Part shown: positions 9,029 to 18,847 of the stretch, piece after piece
How the letters are laid out: the number at the start of each line of letters is the position of its first letter
How positions within the stretch are numbered: the first letter of the stretch is position 1
Assembly: GCA_040767965.1 (NCBI GenBank)
Contig: JAXGNR010000006.1
Span: forward strand, 128,001 to 192,000
Reading direction: 5' to 3'
DNA: 64,000 bases
Origin: Atribacterota bacterium
GTDB lineage: Bacteria; Atribacterota; Phoenicimicrobiia; Phoenicimicrobiales; Stramentimicrobiaceae
Position numbers and translations under genes: made by a program
The notes under the pieces: model-generated
Databases searched by the model: none
What the model saw: only the letters and a program-made list of their open reading frames with translations
What the model was told of the DNA's origin: nothing

Positions 9029-9733
9029 ATGAATCAATTAAATGTAATTTTGCAAGGACTTCCATCTCTTTTAACAGGCACAATCAATACTATCATTTTA
9101 ACAATTTATTTTTTAAGCCTGGGTTTAGTCTTGGGAATTCTGCTGGCATTAGGAAGAGTATATGGATCTCGTCCTTTGCAAATTTTAATAATCCGTCCTT
9201 TTGAACGTTTTTTCAGAGCAATCCCGGCACTGGTTCTCTTGTTTTTATTTTATTTCGGATCTTCCTTTTTTAATATCAACATAAGCCCATTTTTTGCTGC
9301 AATTTTAGCAATGGGATTTCGTTCAGCTGCCTATCAATCGGAAATTTTCAGAGGGGCAATCCAGTCTATTGGAGAGGGACAATTAAAGGCAGCTCGCTCT
9401 CTGGGTATGAATATGTTGCAGTCAATCAGACATATTATCCTGCCACAAGCATTAAGGCTTTCTATTCCTTCCTGGGCTAATGAATTTGCTGTTGTTCTTA
9501 AAGATAGTTCTTTAGCTTATGCTGTTGGTGTTACGGAATTATTAAGACAAGGGCGTTACATTGTAGCTCGGACTTTTGGAAATGCTTTGTTGATTTATAC
9601 TTTTTGTGCCTTAATTTATTTTGTACTGGTTTTTGCTGGCAACCAGTTTTTAAAATTACTGGAAAAAAAATATAAAATTCCTGGTTATGAAATTAAAGCA
9701 AGAAAAGACCAATCTGTTTTGGAAAGGATTTGA
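9029..9733 (+). CDS. Polar amino-acid ABC transporter permease
   Basis: FRAIPALV, AYQSEIFRGAI, EAA-like loop, LKDSSL. Confidence 0.95.
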   Translation: MNQLNVILQGLPSLLTGTINTIILTIYFLSLGLVLGILLALGRVYGSRPLQILIIRPFERFFRAIPALVLLFLFYFGSSFFNINISPFFAAILAMGFRSAAYQSEIFRGAIQSIGEGQLKAARSLGMNMLQSIRHIILPQALRLSIPSWANEFAVVLKDSSLAYAVGVTELLRQGRYIVARTFGNALLIYTFCALIYFVLVFAGNQFLKLLEKKYKIPGYEIKARKDQSVLERI

Positions 9734-9734
9734 A

Positions 9735-10493
9735 ATGCCAAAAATTATTTTGAAAGCTGAAAATATACATAAAAAATATGGAGAATTAGAGGTGCTTAAA
9801 GGAATTTCCTTTCAAGTAAAACAGGGCGAAACAACTGTTATTATAGGTTCTTCCGGAACCGGGAAAAGTACTTTGTTAACCTGTATTAATCAATTAACAC
9901 CTCCAGACAAAGGCCGTATCTGGTTAGAAGATATTGAAATTACAAATCCTGATACCGATATCAATTTAATTCGATCTTCAATTGGTATGGTTTTTCAACA
10001 TTTTAACCTATTTACCCATCTGACTGTTCTTGATAATGTGAGAATTGGTTTATTGGTAGTAAAAAAAATAGCCAAAAAAGAGGCAACTGAAATAAGTATG
10101 AAAAAACTCAATGAGGTTGGCCTTGGAAATAAGATTAACTCTTATCCTGCTGAATTATCAGGCGGACAACAGCAACGAGTTTCCATTGCCAGGGCATTAG
10201 CTATGGACCCTAAACTTATCCTTTTTGACGAACCTACCTCTGCTCTTGACCCTGAATTAATTGGAGAAGTTTTAGGTGTAATGACTAAACTTGCCGAAAA
10301 AGGCATGACTATGGTTGTTGTTTCTCATGAAATGGGGTTTGCCCGTGCTGTGGCTAATGATATCATTTTTATGGAAAATGGTATCATTGTAGAAGAAGGA
10401 AAACCAGACGAAATGTTCTTAAATTCTAAAAATCCTAGAACACAAGAATTTTTGCATAAAATCACTGAGCTCTATGGAGGCAAAATTATATGA
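9735..10493 (+). CDS. Polar amino-acid ABC transporter ATP-binding protein (GlnQ-like)
   Basis: GSSGTGKST, LSGGQQQR, DEPTSALDPEL; start moved to ATG 9735 behind RBS AAAGGA. Confidence 0.95.
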   Translation: MPKIILKAENIHKKYGELEVLKGISFQVKQGETTVIIGSSGTGKSTLLTCINQLTPPDKGRIWLEDIEITNPDTDINLIRSSIGMVFQHFNLFTHLTVLDNVRIGLLVVKKIAKKEATEISMKKLNEVGLGNKINSYPAELSGGQQQRVSIARALAMDPKLILFDEPTSALDPELIGEVLGVMTKLAEKGMTMVVVSHEMGFARAVANDIIFMENGIIVEEGKPDEMFLNSKNPRTQEFLHKITELYGGKII

Positions 10494-11146
10494 ACTTTTT
10501 TATGCTTGCCTGGGATATTTTTCCAAAATTATTACAAGGAACTGTCGTTACCATCCAACTAACTATAATTTCTATAATGATTGGTATTATTATTGGAATA
10601 CCTACTGCAATGGGTAGAGTTTATGGGAATAAAGCTATTTATTTTGTTTGTAGTTTTTTTGTGGAAATTATTCGCGGTACACCATTGTTAACTCAATTGT
10701 TTATACTTTATTTTGGCCTTCCTTCTATCGGTATCATGCTATCACCTTTTACTGCTGCGATAATTGGAATGGGGTTAAATAGTGCAGCTTATCAAGCCGA
10801 ATATTTCAGAGGAGCAATTCAATCTGTTAAAAAAGAACAATTAATAGCTGCTTATTCTATTGGGATGAATCAAATACAAACAATAGAACATGTAGTATTA
10901 CCACAAATGTTTCGTTTGGTAGTCCCCTCTTGGTCTAATGAACTTATTTATCTTTTAAAATATTCTTCAATGGCTTATATGATTCAAACTCCAGAAATTA
11001 TGTCTCAGGGCAGGTTAATTGCTTCCAGAAATTTCAGGACATTTGAAGTTTTTATAATAGTAGCTTTAATCTATCTTGTTTTGGTTTCAATTCTATCAAA
11101 ATTACTTGATGCAATGGAAAATAAATTTCGTATTCCCGGCCTGTAA
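10490..11146 (+). CDS. Polar amino-acid ABC transporter permease
   Basis: RGTPLLTQ, AYQAEYFRGAI; ATGA overlap with the ATPase gene. Confidence 0.95.
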   Translation: MNFFMLAWDIFPKLLQGTVVTIQLTIISIMIGIIIGIPTAMGRVYGNKAIYFVCSFFVEIIRGTPLLTQLFILYFGLPSIGIMLSPFTAAIIGMGLNSAAYQAEYFRGAIQSVKKEQLIAAYSIGMNQIQTIEHVVLPQMFRLVVPSWSNELIYLLKYSSMAYMIQTPEIMSQGRLIASRNFRTFEVFIIVALIYLVLVSILSKLLDAMENKFRIPGL

Positions 11147-11205
11147 TATCACAAAGCAATGTTTAACTTGAACAAGTAAAATTAAATAAAAATAAATAAG
11201 AACAC

Positions 11206-11214
11206 AGGAGGTGA
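11206..11214 (+). promoter_or_regulatory. Orphan Shine-Dalgarno-like element AGGAGGTGA (STAB-SD candidate) about 70 nt upstream of the binding-protein gene
   Basis: 9-nt anti-SD match with no start codon at normal spacing; the gene has its own RBS AAGGAGG at 11271-11277. Confidence 0.45.
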
Positions 11215-11282
11215 AATTTTTAACAAAAAGTAATATCGGACTGTATAATCAATAAAACTATGCCTAAAATAAGGAGGAAAAA

Positions 11283-12152
11283 ATGTTCAATAAATTAGGT
11301 AAAAAAATTATTCTTGCTTTAGTTATTGTATTTTCATGTATCTCAATATGTGTTGTTTCTCTTTCAGCTGCACCAGAAAAAATTGTTGTAGGAACCTCTG
11401 CTGACTGGCCGCCTTTTGAATGGATTGATGCCAATAATAATTTTGTAGGATTTGACATGGATCTTATGAAAATAATTGCTCAGATACAGGGATATGAAGT
11501 AGAGATAAATGATATCGGGTTTGACTCTCTTATTCCTGCTCTACAATCAGGTAGAATTGACTTAATGGCTGCGGGAGCTACTTTAACCGAAGAACGTCTT
11601 CAGGTAGCCGATGCATCCAATACTTACTGGTCTGGCAGTCAAGGAGTAATGGTTAAAGGTGACTCTGAATTAAATATAGCAATTGCCTTAGCCGGAGGAA
11701 ATAGTGTTGGGGCACAAAGAGGTACTACCCAGGCTGATTGGCTAGAAGACAATTTAGTCGGGAAAGGAATTGATATTAAGCTAGAGCTTTATGAAACTAA
11801 TGATTTAGGTATAATGGACTTAGTCAATGGACGTATTGCTGTTTTTGTGGCTGATACCCCTGTTGCCGAAGCATTTACAAAAAATAATCCTATTAAGATT
11901 GTTGGAACAATCAATACTGAAGAAGAATATGTGTTTTATGTCCAGAAAGGCGATCCTAAAGGTATACTCCCGATAATAAATGAAGGATTAACAAAAATTC
12001 AGCAGACTCCAATCTGGGATAATTTAGTAAATGCCTATTTTATGGGAGATCTAAATAAAATCTCTGACTGTTATGCACAGGTGGTGGATTTATTAAATGA
12101 AAACTTAGAAGATTTTGCAAAAAATTTAGCTCAGTGCATGACATCTAACTGA
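11283..12152 (+). CDS. Polar/basic amino-acid ABC transporter substrate-binding protein (family 3)
   Basis: Signal peptide, VGTSADWPPFE, GFDMDL, FDSLIPALQSGRID, GAQRGTT. Confidence 0.95.
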   Translation: MFNKLGKKIILALVIVFSCISICVVSLSAAPEKIVVGTSADWPPFEWIDANNNFVGFDMDLMKIIAQIQGYEVEINDIGFDSLIPALQSGRIDLMAAGATLTEERLQVADASNTYWSGSQGVMVKGDSELNIAIALAGGNSVGAQRGTTQADWLEDNLVGKGIDIKLELYETNDLGIMDLVNGRIAVFVADTPVAEAFTKNNPIKIVGTINTEEEYVFYVQKGDPKGILPIINEGLTKIQQTPIWDNLVNAYFMGDLNKISDCYAQVVDLLNENLEDFAKNLAQCMTSN

Positions 12153-12185
12153 TAATCCAATTTACTTATAATCATTTATACAAAA

Positions 12186-12236
12186 ATAAAAATCTCACCT
12201 TGGTCGATTGAAAAATTTCTAAGGTGAGATTTTTAT
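12186..12236 (+). terminator. Intrinsic terminator after the ABC operon
   Basis: ATAAAAATCTCACCTT ... AAGGTGAGATTTTTAT inverted repeat. Confidence 0.8.
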
Positions 12237-12288
12237 AAGTATACCTTAAAAATTTATATTTTTACAACTTGCATTAAGGAGAATTTGC

Positions 12289-13416
12289 ATGAAAATAAAT
12301 ACTTTTCAAGTAGAAAGATGGCTTAATCTCTATGAAGATAAAGCTAAATTCGAACTGGCTGAAACAGATGCTAAGCCTTTTACTATTGAAGAATTAAGTC
12401 AATTAAACCCGCAGGAGAATTTACTACAAAAATTAGCAAAAATAAAGATAGGCTATAATCCCACTAAAGGAAGTAAGTCTTTACGAAAAAAGATTGCTAA
12501 TTTATATGGTAATAATACTTCTGAAGAAAATATTCTGGTTACAACTGGTGCTATAGAGGCAGATTTTTTACTGGCAAATGTATTATTGGAAAAAGGTGAT
12601 AAGGTAATTGCTCTTTGGCCAGCATACCAGGCATTGTACTCCACTGCAGAGTCTTGTGGTGCAAAACTTGAGTTTTGGAAGTTATCTCCTGAAAATAATT
12701 TTCAACCTGATATAGAAGAATTAGCAAAAATTATTGATGAAAAAACAAAACTGGTTGTTTTAAACATTCCCAACAATCCAACAGGCGCAATTATTAATGA
12801 GTCTCAGTTAAAAACCATTTTAAAATGGTCTGAAGAGTATGACTTTTATGTTCTTTGTGATGAGGTTTATCATGAATTAATAACAGACAATAATATTGTT
12901 CCGCCTTATGGCCATTCATTAAGCAAAAAAGCAATCAGTGTTGGAAGCATGTCCAAAGCTTATGGATTATCAGGAATACGCCTTGGCTGGATTGCAGGTT
13001 CTGAAACAATCATTGATCAGTGCTGGCAGTTAAAAGATTATACTTCTATCAGCAACTCTCCTATTAGTGATTACTTAGCACAATTTGCCCTTGATAATTT
13101 TAAAAAAATATTTGAAAGAAATTCCAATATTCTTAAAAGTAACAGAGAGGTTATCAGTTTATGGTTTACAGAACATCAAAAATATTTTGACTTTTATTTG
13201 CCTGATGCTGGTGTATTATGTTTTCCTAAAATTAAAAATTTACCTATCAGCTCAGAGGAATTAGCGCTGGACCTTTTTCATAAAAAATCTCTTTTAGTTG
13301 TTCCTGGCGAATGTTTTGGGTTTCCCAATTTTCTTAGAATTGGATTTGGAGGAGATACGGCAAAACTTAAAAAAAGCTTATCTGTTTTCTCTTCTTATCT
13401 TAAAGAATTTTTTTAA
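12289..13416 (+). CDS. PLP-dependent aminotransferase, class I/II
   Basis: NIPNNPTG, CDEVY, SMSKAYGLSGIRLGW. Confidence 0.92.
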   Translation: MKINTFQVERWLNLYEDKAKFELAETDAKPFTIEELSQLNPQENLLQKLAKIKIGYNPTKGSKSLRKKIANLYGNNTSEENILVTTGAIEADFLLANVLLEKGDKVIALWPAYQALYSTAESCGAKLEFWKLSPENNFQPDIEELAKIIDEKTKLVVLNIPNNPTGAIINESQLKTILKWSEEYDFYVLCDEVYHELITDNNIVPPYGHSLSKKAISVGSMSKAYGLSGIRLGWIAGSETIIDQCWQLKDYTSISNSPISDYLAQFALDNFKKIFERNSNILKSNREVISLWFTEHQKYFDFYLPDAGVLCFPKIKNLPISSEELALDLFHKKSLLVVPGECFGFPNFLRIGFGGDTAKLKKSLSVFSSYLKEFF

Positions 13417-13461
13417 TAAATAACTTATAAACACAAAAATAATTTTGAAAAAGGGATTATT

Positions 13462-14430
13462 ATGATAAATTTACAAGAAATAATTGAAGCTAAAAAAAAT
13501 ATTACAAATCTTATAAAAGAAACTGAATTACGTGAAAGTATTTACCTTAGTAATAAAATAAATGGTCAGGTTTTTTTAAAATTAGAAAATTTACAGACTA
13601 CTAATGCATTCAAAATTAGAGGTGCTTTTAATAAACTTCTTATAATAAAAGAAGAGAATTGTGAAATTGTTACTGCTTCTTCTGGTAACCACGGACAAGC
13701 CATTGCTTTAGCCTGTCAAAAAATGGGATTAAAAACAACTATTTTCTTGCCGGAAAAAACTCCTGAAAAAAAAATAGAATTAATTAAAAAGTATGGAGCT
13801 CAAATTATAATAAAAGGTGATACCGTAGATCAAGCTGAAGAATATGGCCGACTGATGGCGGAAAAAGAAAATAAATTCTATATTTCTCCTTATAATGATC
13901 CTGCAATAATTGCAGGTCAGGGAACTATAGGCTTAGAGATAATCCAGCAGTACTCTAAACTGCAATCTATTTTAGTGCCTATTGGTGGTGGGGGATTGAT
14001 TTCTGGAATTGCTATTGCTGTCAAAGAAAATTTCCCGGATATAAAAATAATAGGTATCCAGGCTGAAAACGATGCAGCAATGTACCATTCTTTTGGAAAG
14101 GGCAAATTATTAACTAATGATAACTATCCCCATTTCCCTACTATAGCCGATGGATTAGCTGGTGGCATTGAAAATAATTCCATGACTTTTCCTATTATCC
14201 AAAAATATGTTGATGATATTTTATTGATAAAAGAAGATTTAATTGAAAAAAGCATTTACAAATTATGGAAAAATGAAAATTTAATTGTAGAAGGAGCGGG
14301 AGCTGTTTCTACAGCCGCTGTTTTGGGTAATCCGGAAATATTTTATGATCAAAAAATTGCCCTTATTGTGAGTGGGGGAAATATCAACGAAAACACTTTC
14401 AAAAAAATATGTGCAAAATATTCTTTTTAA
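13462..14430 (+). CDS. Threonine/serine ammonia-lyase family (fold type II PLP), no ACT domain
   Basis: KLENLQTTNAFKIRGA, ASSGNHG, IAGQGT, PIGGGGL, SGGN. Confidence 0.9.
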   Translation: MINLQEIIEAKKNITNLIKETELRESIYLSNKINGQVFLKLENLQTTNAFKIRGAFNKLLIIKEENCEIVTASSGNHGQAIALACQKMGLKTTIFLPEKTPEKKIELIKKYGAQIIIKGDTVDQAEEYGRLMAEKENKFYISPYNDPAIIAGQGTIGLEIIQQYSKLQSILVPIGGGGLISGIAIAVKENFPDIKIIGIQAENDAAMYHSFGKGKLLTNDNYPHFPTIADGLAGGIENNSMTFPIIQKYVDDILLIKEDLIEKSIYKLWKNENLIVEGAGAVSTAAVLGNPEIFYDQKIALIVSGGNINENTFKKICAKYSF

Positions 14431-14519
14431 TATTTTAAAAACAAGAAATAATTACAAAAATAAACATTTGGATTTTCCTTAAATTTTGTTATAATTGATA
14501 ATCTAAATAAAGGTGAAAT

Positions 14520-15668
14520 ATGGATAATAAAGTTTTCTTTACAAGATGCCAGACATACCAAAAAGAAGAAGTACGAAAAGCCACCAATAAACTTTTTCAA
14601 GATTTAGGCGGTTTAAAGAAATATATAAAACCAGGTAATAAAGTTTTATTAAAAGTAAATTTGTTAATGAAAAAAACACCTCAAGAAGCAGTTACCACTC
14701 ATCCGGTACTGGTGGAGGCTATTATTGAACAAATACAAGCCCTGGGAGCAAAAGTTTTGCTGGCTGATAGTCCGGGAGGTCCATTTACAAAAAATTGGTT
14801 AAAAGGAATCTACCGGGAAACTGGAATGGAAGAGATAGCTAATAATACAGGAGCAGAACTAAATTGGAATTTCCAGCAACAGGATATTCCTTTTGGTAAT
14901 GGTAAAATCTTAAAGCAAATAACTTTAGCTAATTTTGTGAAAGAAGCAGATGTGATTATCTCTATTGCAAAACTTAAAACTCACGGTTTTACCATTTATA
15001 CTGGTGCAGTAAAAAATTTATTCGGTACTATCCCGGGACTTTTAAAAGCTGAGTACCATCTGAGAATGAGTGATATTAAAGATTTTTCTAATATGCTGAT
15101 AGATGTTGTCGAGTGTGTTAAACCGCAGATTTCAATTATGGATGCAGTTATTGGAATGGAAGGAGACGGCCCTTCGGCTGGAGATCCAAGACCCATCGGA
15201 TTGTTAGCAGCTTCTGCCAATCCTCATGCACTTGATTTTGCTTGTGCACATCTTATTGGTCTTGCCCCCAACAGAATAGACACTCTGAATAATGCCATAG
15301 AAAGAAATCTTATTCCAGCAGATTTTAAAGATATAAATATACAGGGTATTGATAGGGAAGAATTACAACCCATACCGTTTAAAGTTCCTGCTTCTTCCAG
15401 AAGCCGCCATATTCCTTTACATCTACCTCCTGGTATTGATAATTTTTTTTATAACATGTTACGGCCACGACCTTTTTTTATTCATGAAAAATGTGTAGGC
15501 TGCGGTCTATGCGCACAAAACTGTCCGGCTAAATGTATCGAAATGATAAACAAAAAACCGCATGTTAATCTCAATAATTGTATCCGCTGTTTTTGCTGTC
15601 AGGAACTATGCCCCTATAAGGCTGTTGAGATAAAAAGAGGAAAATTATCAAAGGTTTTATTCCGATAA
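14520..15668 (+). CDS. DUF362-domain protein with C-terminal 2x[4Fe-4S] ferredoxin domain
   Basis: VLLKVN, TTHP, KLKTH, GMEGDGP; CVGCGLCAQNCP and CIRCFCCQELCP. Confidence 0.9.
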   Translation: MDNKVFFTRCQTYQKEEVRKATNKLFQDLGGLKKYIKPGNKVLLKVNLLMKKTPQEAVTTHPVLVEAIIEQIQALGAKVLLADSPGGPFTKNWLKGIYRETGMEEIANNTGAELNWNFQQQDIPFGNGKILKQITLANFVKEADVIISIAKLKTHGFTIYTGAVKNLFGTIPGLLKAEYHLRMSDIKDFSNMLIDVVECVKPQISIMDAVIGMEGDGPSAGDPRPIGLLAASANPHALDFACAHLIGLAPNRIDTLNNAIERNLIPADFKDINIQGIDREELQPIPFKVPASSRSRHIPLHLPPGIDNFFYNMLRPRPFFIHEKCVGCGLCAQNCPAKCIEMINKKPHVNLNNCIRCFCCQELCPYKAVEIKRGKLSKVLFR

Positions 15669-15698
15669 ATATTTTCCACATTTTTTGTTTATAAATAA

Positions 15699-16700
15699 TT
15701 ATAATCCTCTGCCTGCAATTTTTTCTCCACAAGAAGGACACTTATTATTAACAAGAATATTTTGAATGTTGAAACAGTCTCTTTTTATCAATAATTCACC
15801 ACAACCAGGACAATGAGTATTCTCTCCCCGGGATATATTTCCTTTGTACACAAACTGTAACCCTTGATCTTTTCCAATCTTATATGCCAAGTCCAATGTA
15901 GATAAAGGTGTTATAGGTAACTTATTGAGTTTATATGTGGGATAAAAAGCAGTAACATGCCAGGGTATCCCTGGATCTATCCCGGCAATAAATTCTGCTA
16001 TCTTTTTTAATTCTAGAGGGTCATCATTATAACCAGGGATAATTAATGTCGTTATTTCAATCCATATTCCTAAATTATAATATAATTTAATGCTGTTTAG
16101 AACCGGCTGTAACTTTGCCCTGCATATATTATTATAAAATTCTTCATTCATGGCTTTCAAGTCCACATTCGCAGCATCCAGAAAAGGAGCTATTTTTTGT
16201 AATGCTTTTTGGCTTATATAACCGTTGGTAATAAAGATGTTTTTTAATCCTTTCTCATTGGCAAGTTGGGAAATTTCAAAAGCAGTTTCATAAAAAATCG
16301 TGGGCTCAGTATAAGTGTAAGAAATTGACAAGCAACCGTTTTTAAAAGCATTTTGAATAACTTTTTCTGGGGTAGTTTTGCTACCTACAATTGGATCTTT
16401 ATCATCTTTTATCTGAGAAATAGACCAATTTTGACAGTGCATGCACTGAAAATTACATCCAAAAGCAGCAATAGAATAAGAATATGATCCGGGATAAAAA
16501 TGGAATAAAGGTTTTTTTTCAATTGGATCTACCTGAGAGGCAATTAATTTTTGGTAATTTAAACTATACAAAATACCATCTTTGTTTTCTCTTACATGGC
16601 ATATTCCTCTTTTACCTGGAGAAATGATACATTGATGCGAACAAAGCATACATTTTACATTATTACCTTCTAAAACATCATAAAACATTGCTTTTTGCAT
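15699..16700 (-). CDS. amrS: AmmeMemoRadiSam-system radical SAM enzyme (PflX-like)
   Basis: CMLCSHQC...GICHVR, DPIEKKPLFHF, CNFQCMHCQN, YTYTEP, C-terminal CxxC pairs. Confidence 0.9.
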   Translation of the reverse strand: MQKAMFYDVLEGNNVKCMLCSHQCIISPGKRGICHVRENKDGILYSLNYQKLIASQVDPIEKKPLFHFYPGSYSYSIAAFGCNFQCMHCQNWSISQIKDDKDPIVGSKTTPEKVIQNAFKNGCLSISYTYTEPTIFYETAFEISQLANEKGLKNIFITNGYISQKALQKIAPFLDAANVDLKAMNEEFYNNICRAKLQPVLNSIKLYYNLGIWIEITTLIIPGYNDDPLELKKIAEFIAGIDPGIPWHVTAFYPTYKLNKLPITPLSTLDLAYKIGKDQGLQFVYKGNISRGENTHCPGCGELLIKRDCFNIQNILVNNKCPSCGEKIAGRGL

Positions 16701-16741
16701 ATTTTTCCCTTAAATGTAAAGTTGTTATCTAATTTATAATC

Positions 16742-17476
16742 TCATATCCCGATTGACAGCCTTTCAGCCAGAAAAGAAGGCAGGTTAGCTTTTGTTATTT
16801 TTTCTTGGGTTTTAGAAATTAAGTACTTTATCCTGCATATTTCCACACTTAACTGTTCTGTGTCAAATAATACATAACATGCCTGAGGGTTTCTATCTCT
16901 TGGCTGGCCAACACTACCACAATTAATCAAATAGCTATATGCTGGTTTTAGAGGGATTTTTATTCCCTCAATAGCACTGTAATAATTTATAGTCTTATCT
17001 TTATGCCGAAATGCAAAATAGCCTGCAATATGACTATGTCCGATAAAGTAAATTTTAAAATTGAAAGAGGTAAAAATTTCCTCTGCAACCTGCTTATCTA
17101 AAACATATTCCCATAAAGGTTGCCTTGGGCTTCCGTGTACACCTAAAATATCTTTAGCAAGGGTAGTTTTTAATTTAAGTCTGCTTAAATAATCAAGATC
17201 AAAATCTTTAAGTCTGTCTTTTGTCCATTGTAAAGAACTTTTCGCATCCTCACTGAAATAAGTTAAACTTAGTTCTCCAGTAATAGCGGCTTCATGATTA
17301 CCTTTTAGACATAGTGCTTCCAGACTTCTTATTTTTTCAATACAAAAAGAAGGATCAGCTCCATATCCTACAATATCACCAAGGCAAACAATCTGGTCAA
17401 CATCTTCTATTTTTTTTAGCACAACCCGTAGTGCTTCAGCATTTCCATGAATATCAGAGATAATTCCTATCTTCAA
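16742..17476 (-). CDS. Metallophosphoesterase (calcineurin-like)
   Basis: SDIHGN, GDIVGYG, GNHE, HGSP, GHSH, NCGSVGQPRD; TTG start behind GAGG. Confidence 0.92.
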   Translation of the reverse strand: MKIGIISDIHGNAEALRVVLKKIEDVDQIVCLGDIVGYGADPSFCIEKIRSLEALCLKGNHEAAITGELSLTYFSEDAKSSLQWTKDRLKDFDLDYLSRLKLKTTLAKDILGVHGSPRQPLWEYVLDKQVAEEIFTSFNFKIYFIGHSHIAGYFAFRHKDKTINYYSAIEGIKIPLKPAYSYLINCGSVGQPRDRNPQACYVLFDTEQLSVEICRIKYLISKTQEKITKANLPSFLAERLSIGI

Positions 17477-17571
17477 AATAGAAAACCTCTTTTCTCAATA
17501 GAAATTATTTACTTTACAAGCTGTAAAAATTTTTATAAATTATGGTAGCAAAAAAGTTATTTTTCAAATCC

Positions 17572-18771
17572 CTACAGGATTACTGAAAAAAATTCTTTAA
17601 CTTTTTCTTTATGATGTCCTTTAAAGATAATCTGATTATTTGCAATAGCCTTTTCTAAAAAGTTATTGACAGGTTCTTCAAGAACGATCTTTAGCTGTAT
17701 CTCACATTGTTGAGTGGCTTCTAAATATTCTATTATTTCTCCTTCTGCACAATAAAAGTTATCTGCATTGCTATTTAATTTAAAAATAGTTATCGGGCTT
17801 TTTGTTGCCTTGCCATAAATTGTACTGCCTAATCCAGATTCAAAATGGTTTTTTAACAAAAGCTCTTCATGGATATTCATAGGAATAATACAATTAGAGA
17901 ATATAATTTCATTTTTTTCCTGGTCTATACAAACCGGCTTAACCATGAAAACAGTTTCACCGGTTAGCTTGTTAGCCACAAGCATAGAAACAGTAGAGGG
18001 AACATCTCCTTCACTCCCGGCTATTATTCCTTCCTTGTTCAAGAAGGAAAAAGCTAAACAGGCAGTGTTTTTATAAAAGCTTAATAAATCGTAAAGACTA
18101 ACTGTCAGAGCATTGAATTTGTATTCCTGTGCTAAATTTTTTAAGCCCTGGTAAATTCTTAAAGATTGTTTTAGAACATCTGGTTCAAAGTTAAATTTCG
18201 ATAAGTCTCTATCAAATTCAACATCACTATGCCCTATCAGGTCAATATGTCTGATCATTTCTTCTATTGGAATATCAAAAACTCTTATGCCAAGTTTTTT
18301 TCTGATTGCATTGTAATCAGCACCACTTGCAATAAGCCAGTCTGCAGGTTTTCCTAAAGCTCCTACCTGAAAACGACGACAATTTTTTTTGGTGTTAAAT
18401 ATCTGCTTCAAAGTTTTTAATCGTTGTGCAATTATTTTTGTTGAACCGTGCAATATTTCAACTTTTTCCCCTCTTTTTTTTAAATACTCCCTTATTTCCA
18501 GGGCAGCAGGTAAAGAATTATATTGATAACCTGCCATTAAAATATAAGGAGCAGGGAATTGCTGATAAATTCTTTTAAATTTTTCTTCCACTTCTCCAGA
18601 TTGAATCATAATTATAGGTAAAATAGATTCTTTTTTGATATCAGCAGGATTAATGTTGACTAATGGTTCTTGTAAGTATTCTTCAATGGATTTTAAAAAA
18701 GAATCTGAAGTTTCACTGATTAGTTTTTTATCACCTACATCAGAAATTAAATTATAAATACCAATTTTCAA
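17572..18771 (-). CDS. L-fucose/L-arabinose isomerase-like protein, probably degenerate
   Basis: NSLPAALE, P.DWLIAS, TACLA, EGD and HFES motifs; His positions appear replaced. Confidence 0.65.
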   Translation of the reverse strand: MKIGIYNLISDVGDKKLISETSDSFLKSIEEYLQEPLVNINPADIKKESILPIIMIQSGEVEEKFKRIYQQFPAPYILMAGYQYNSLPAALEIREYLKKRGEKVEILHGSTKIIAQRLKTLKQIFNTKKNCRRFQVGALGKPADWLIASGADYNAIRKKLGIRVFDIPIEEMIRHIDLIGHSDVEFDRDLSKFNFEPDVLKQSLRIYQGLKNLAQEYKFNALTVSLYDLLSFYKNTACLAFSFLNKEGIIAGSEGDVPSTVSMLVANKLTGETVFMVKPVCIDQEKNEIIFSNCIIPMNIHEELLLKNHFESGLGSTIYGKATKSPITIFKLNSNADNFYCAEGEIIEYLEATQQCEIQLKIVLEEPVNNFLEKAIANNQIIFKGHHKEKVKEFFSVIL

Positions 18772-18847
18772 AAATATTCTCCTTGTTATTTATTTTGTTG
18801 GAAATTTCTATCAAAAGCAAATTAAAAGATTTAAACAAAATCAAGAA

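Noticed and set aside
8860-9204. 114-aa plus-strand ORF
   Set aside because: Overlaps the T-box antiterminator/terminator and runs out of frame into the permease; no RBS or motif.
9687-9734. Longer N-terminus of the ABC ATPase in the ORF track
   Set aside because: Overlaps the permease; ATG 9735 has a proper RBS.
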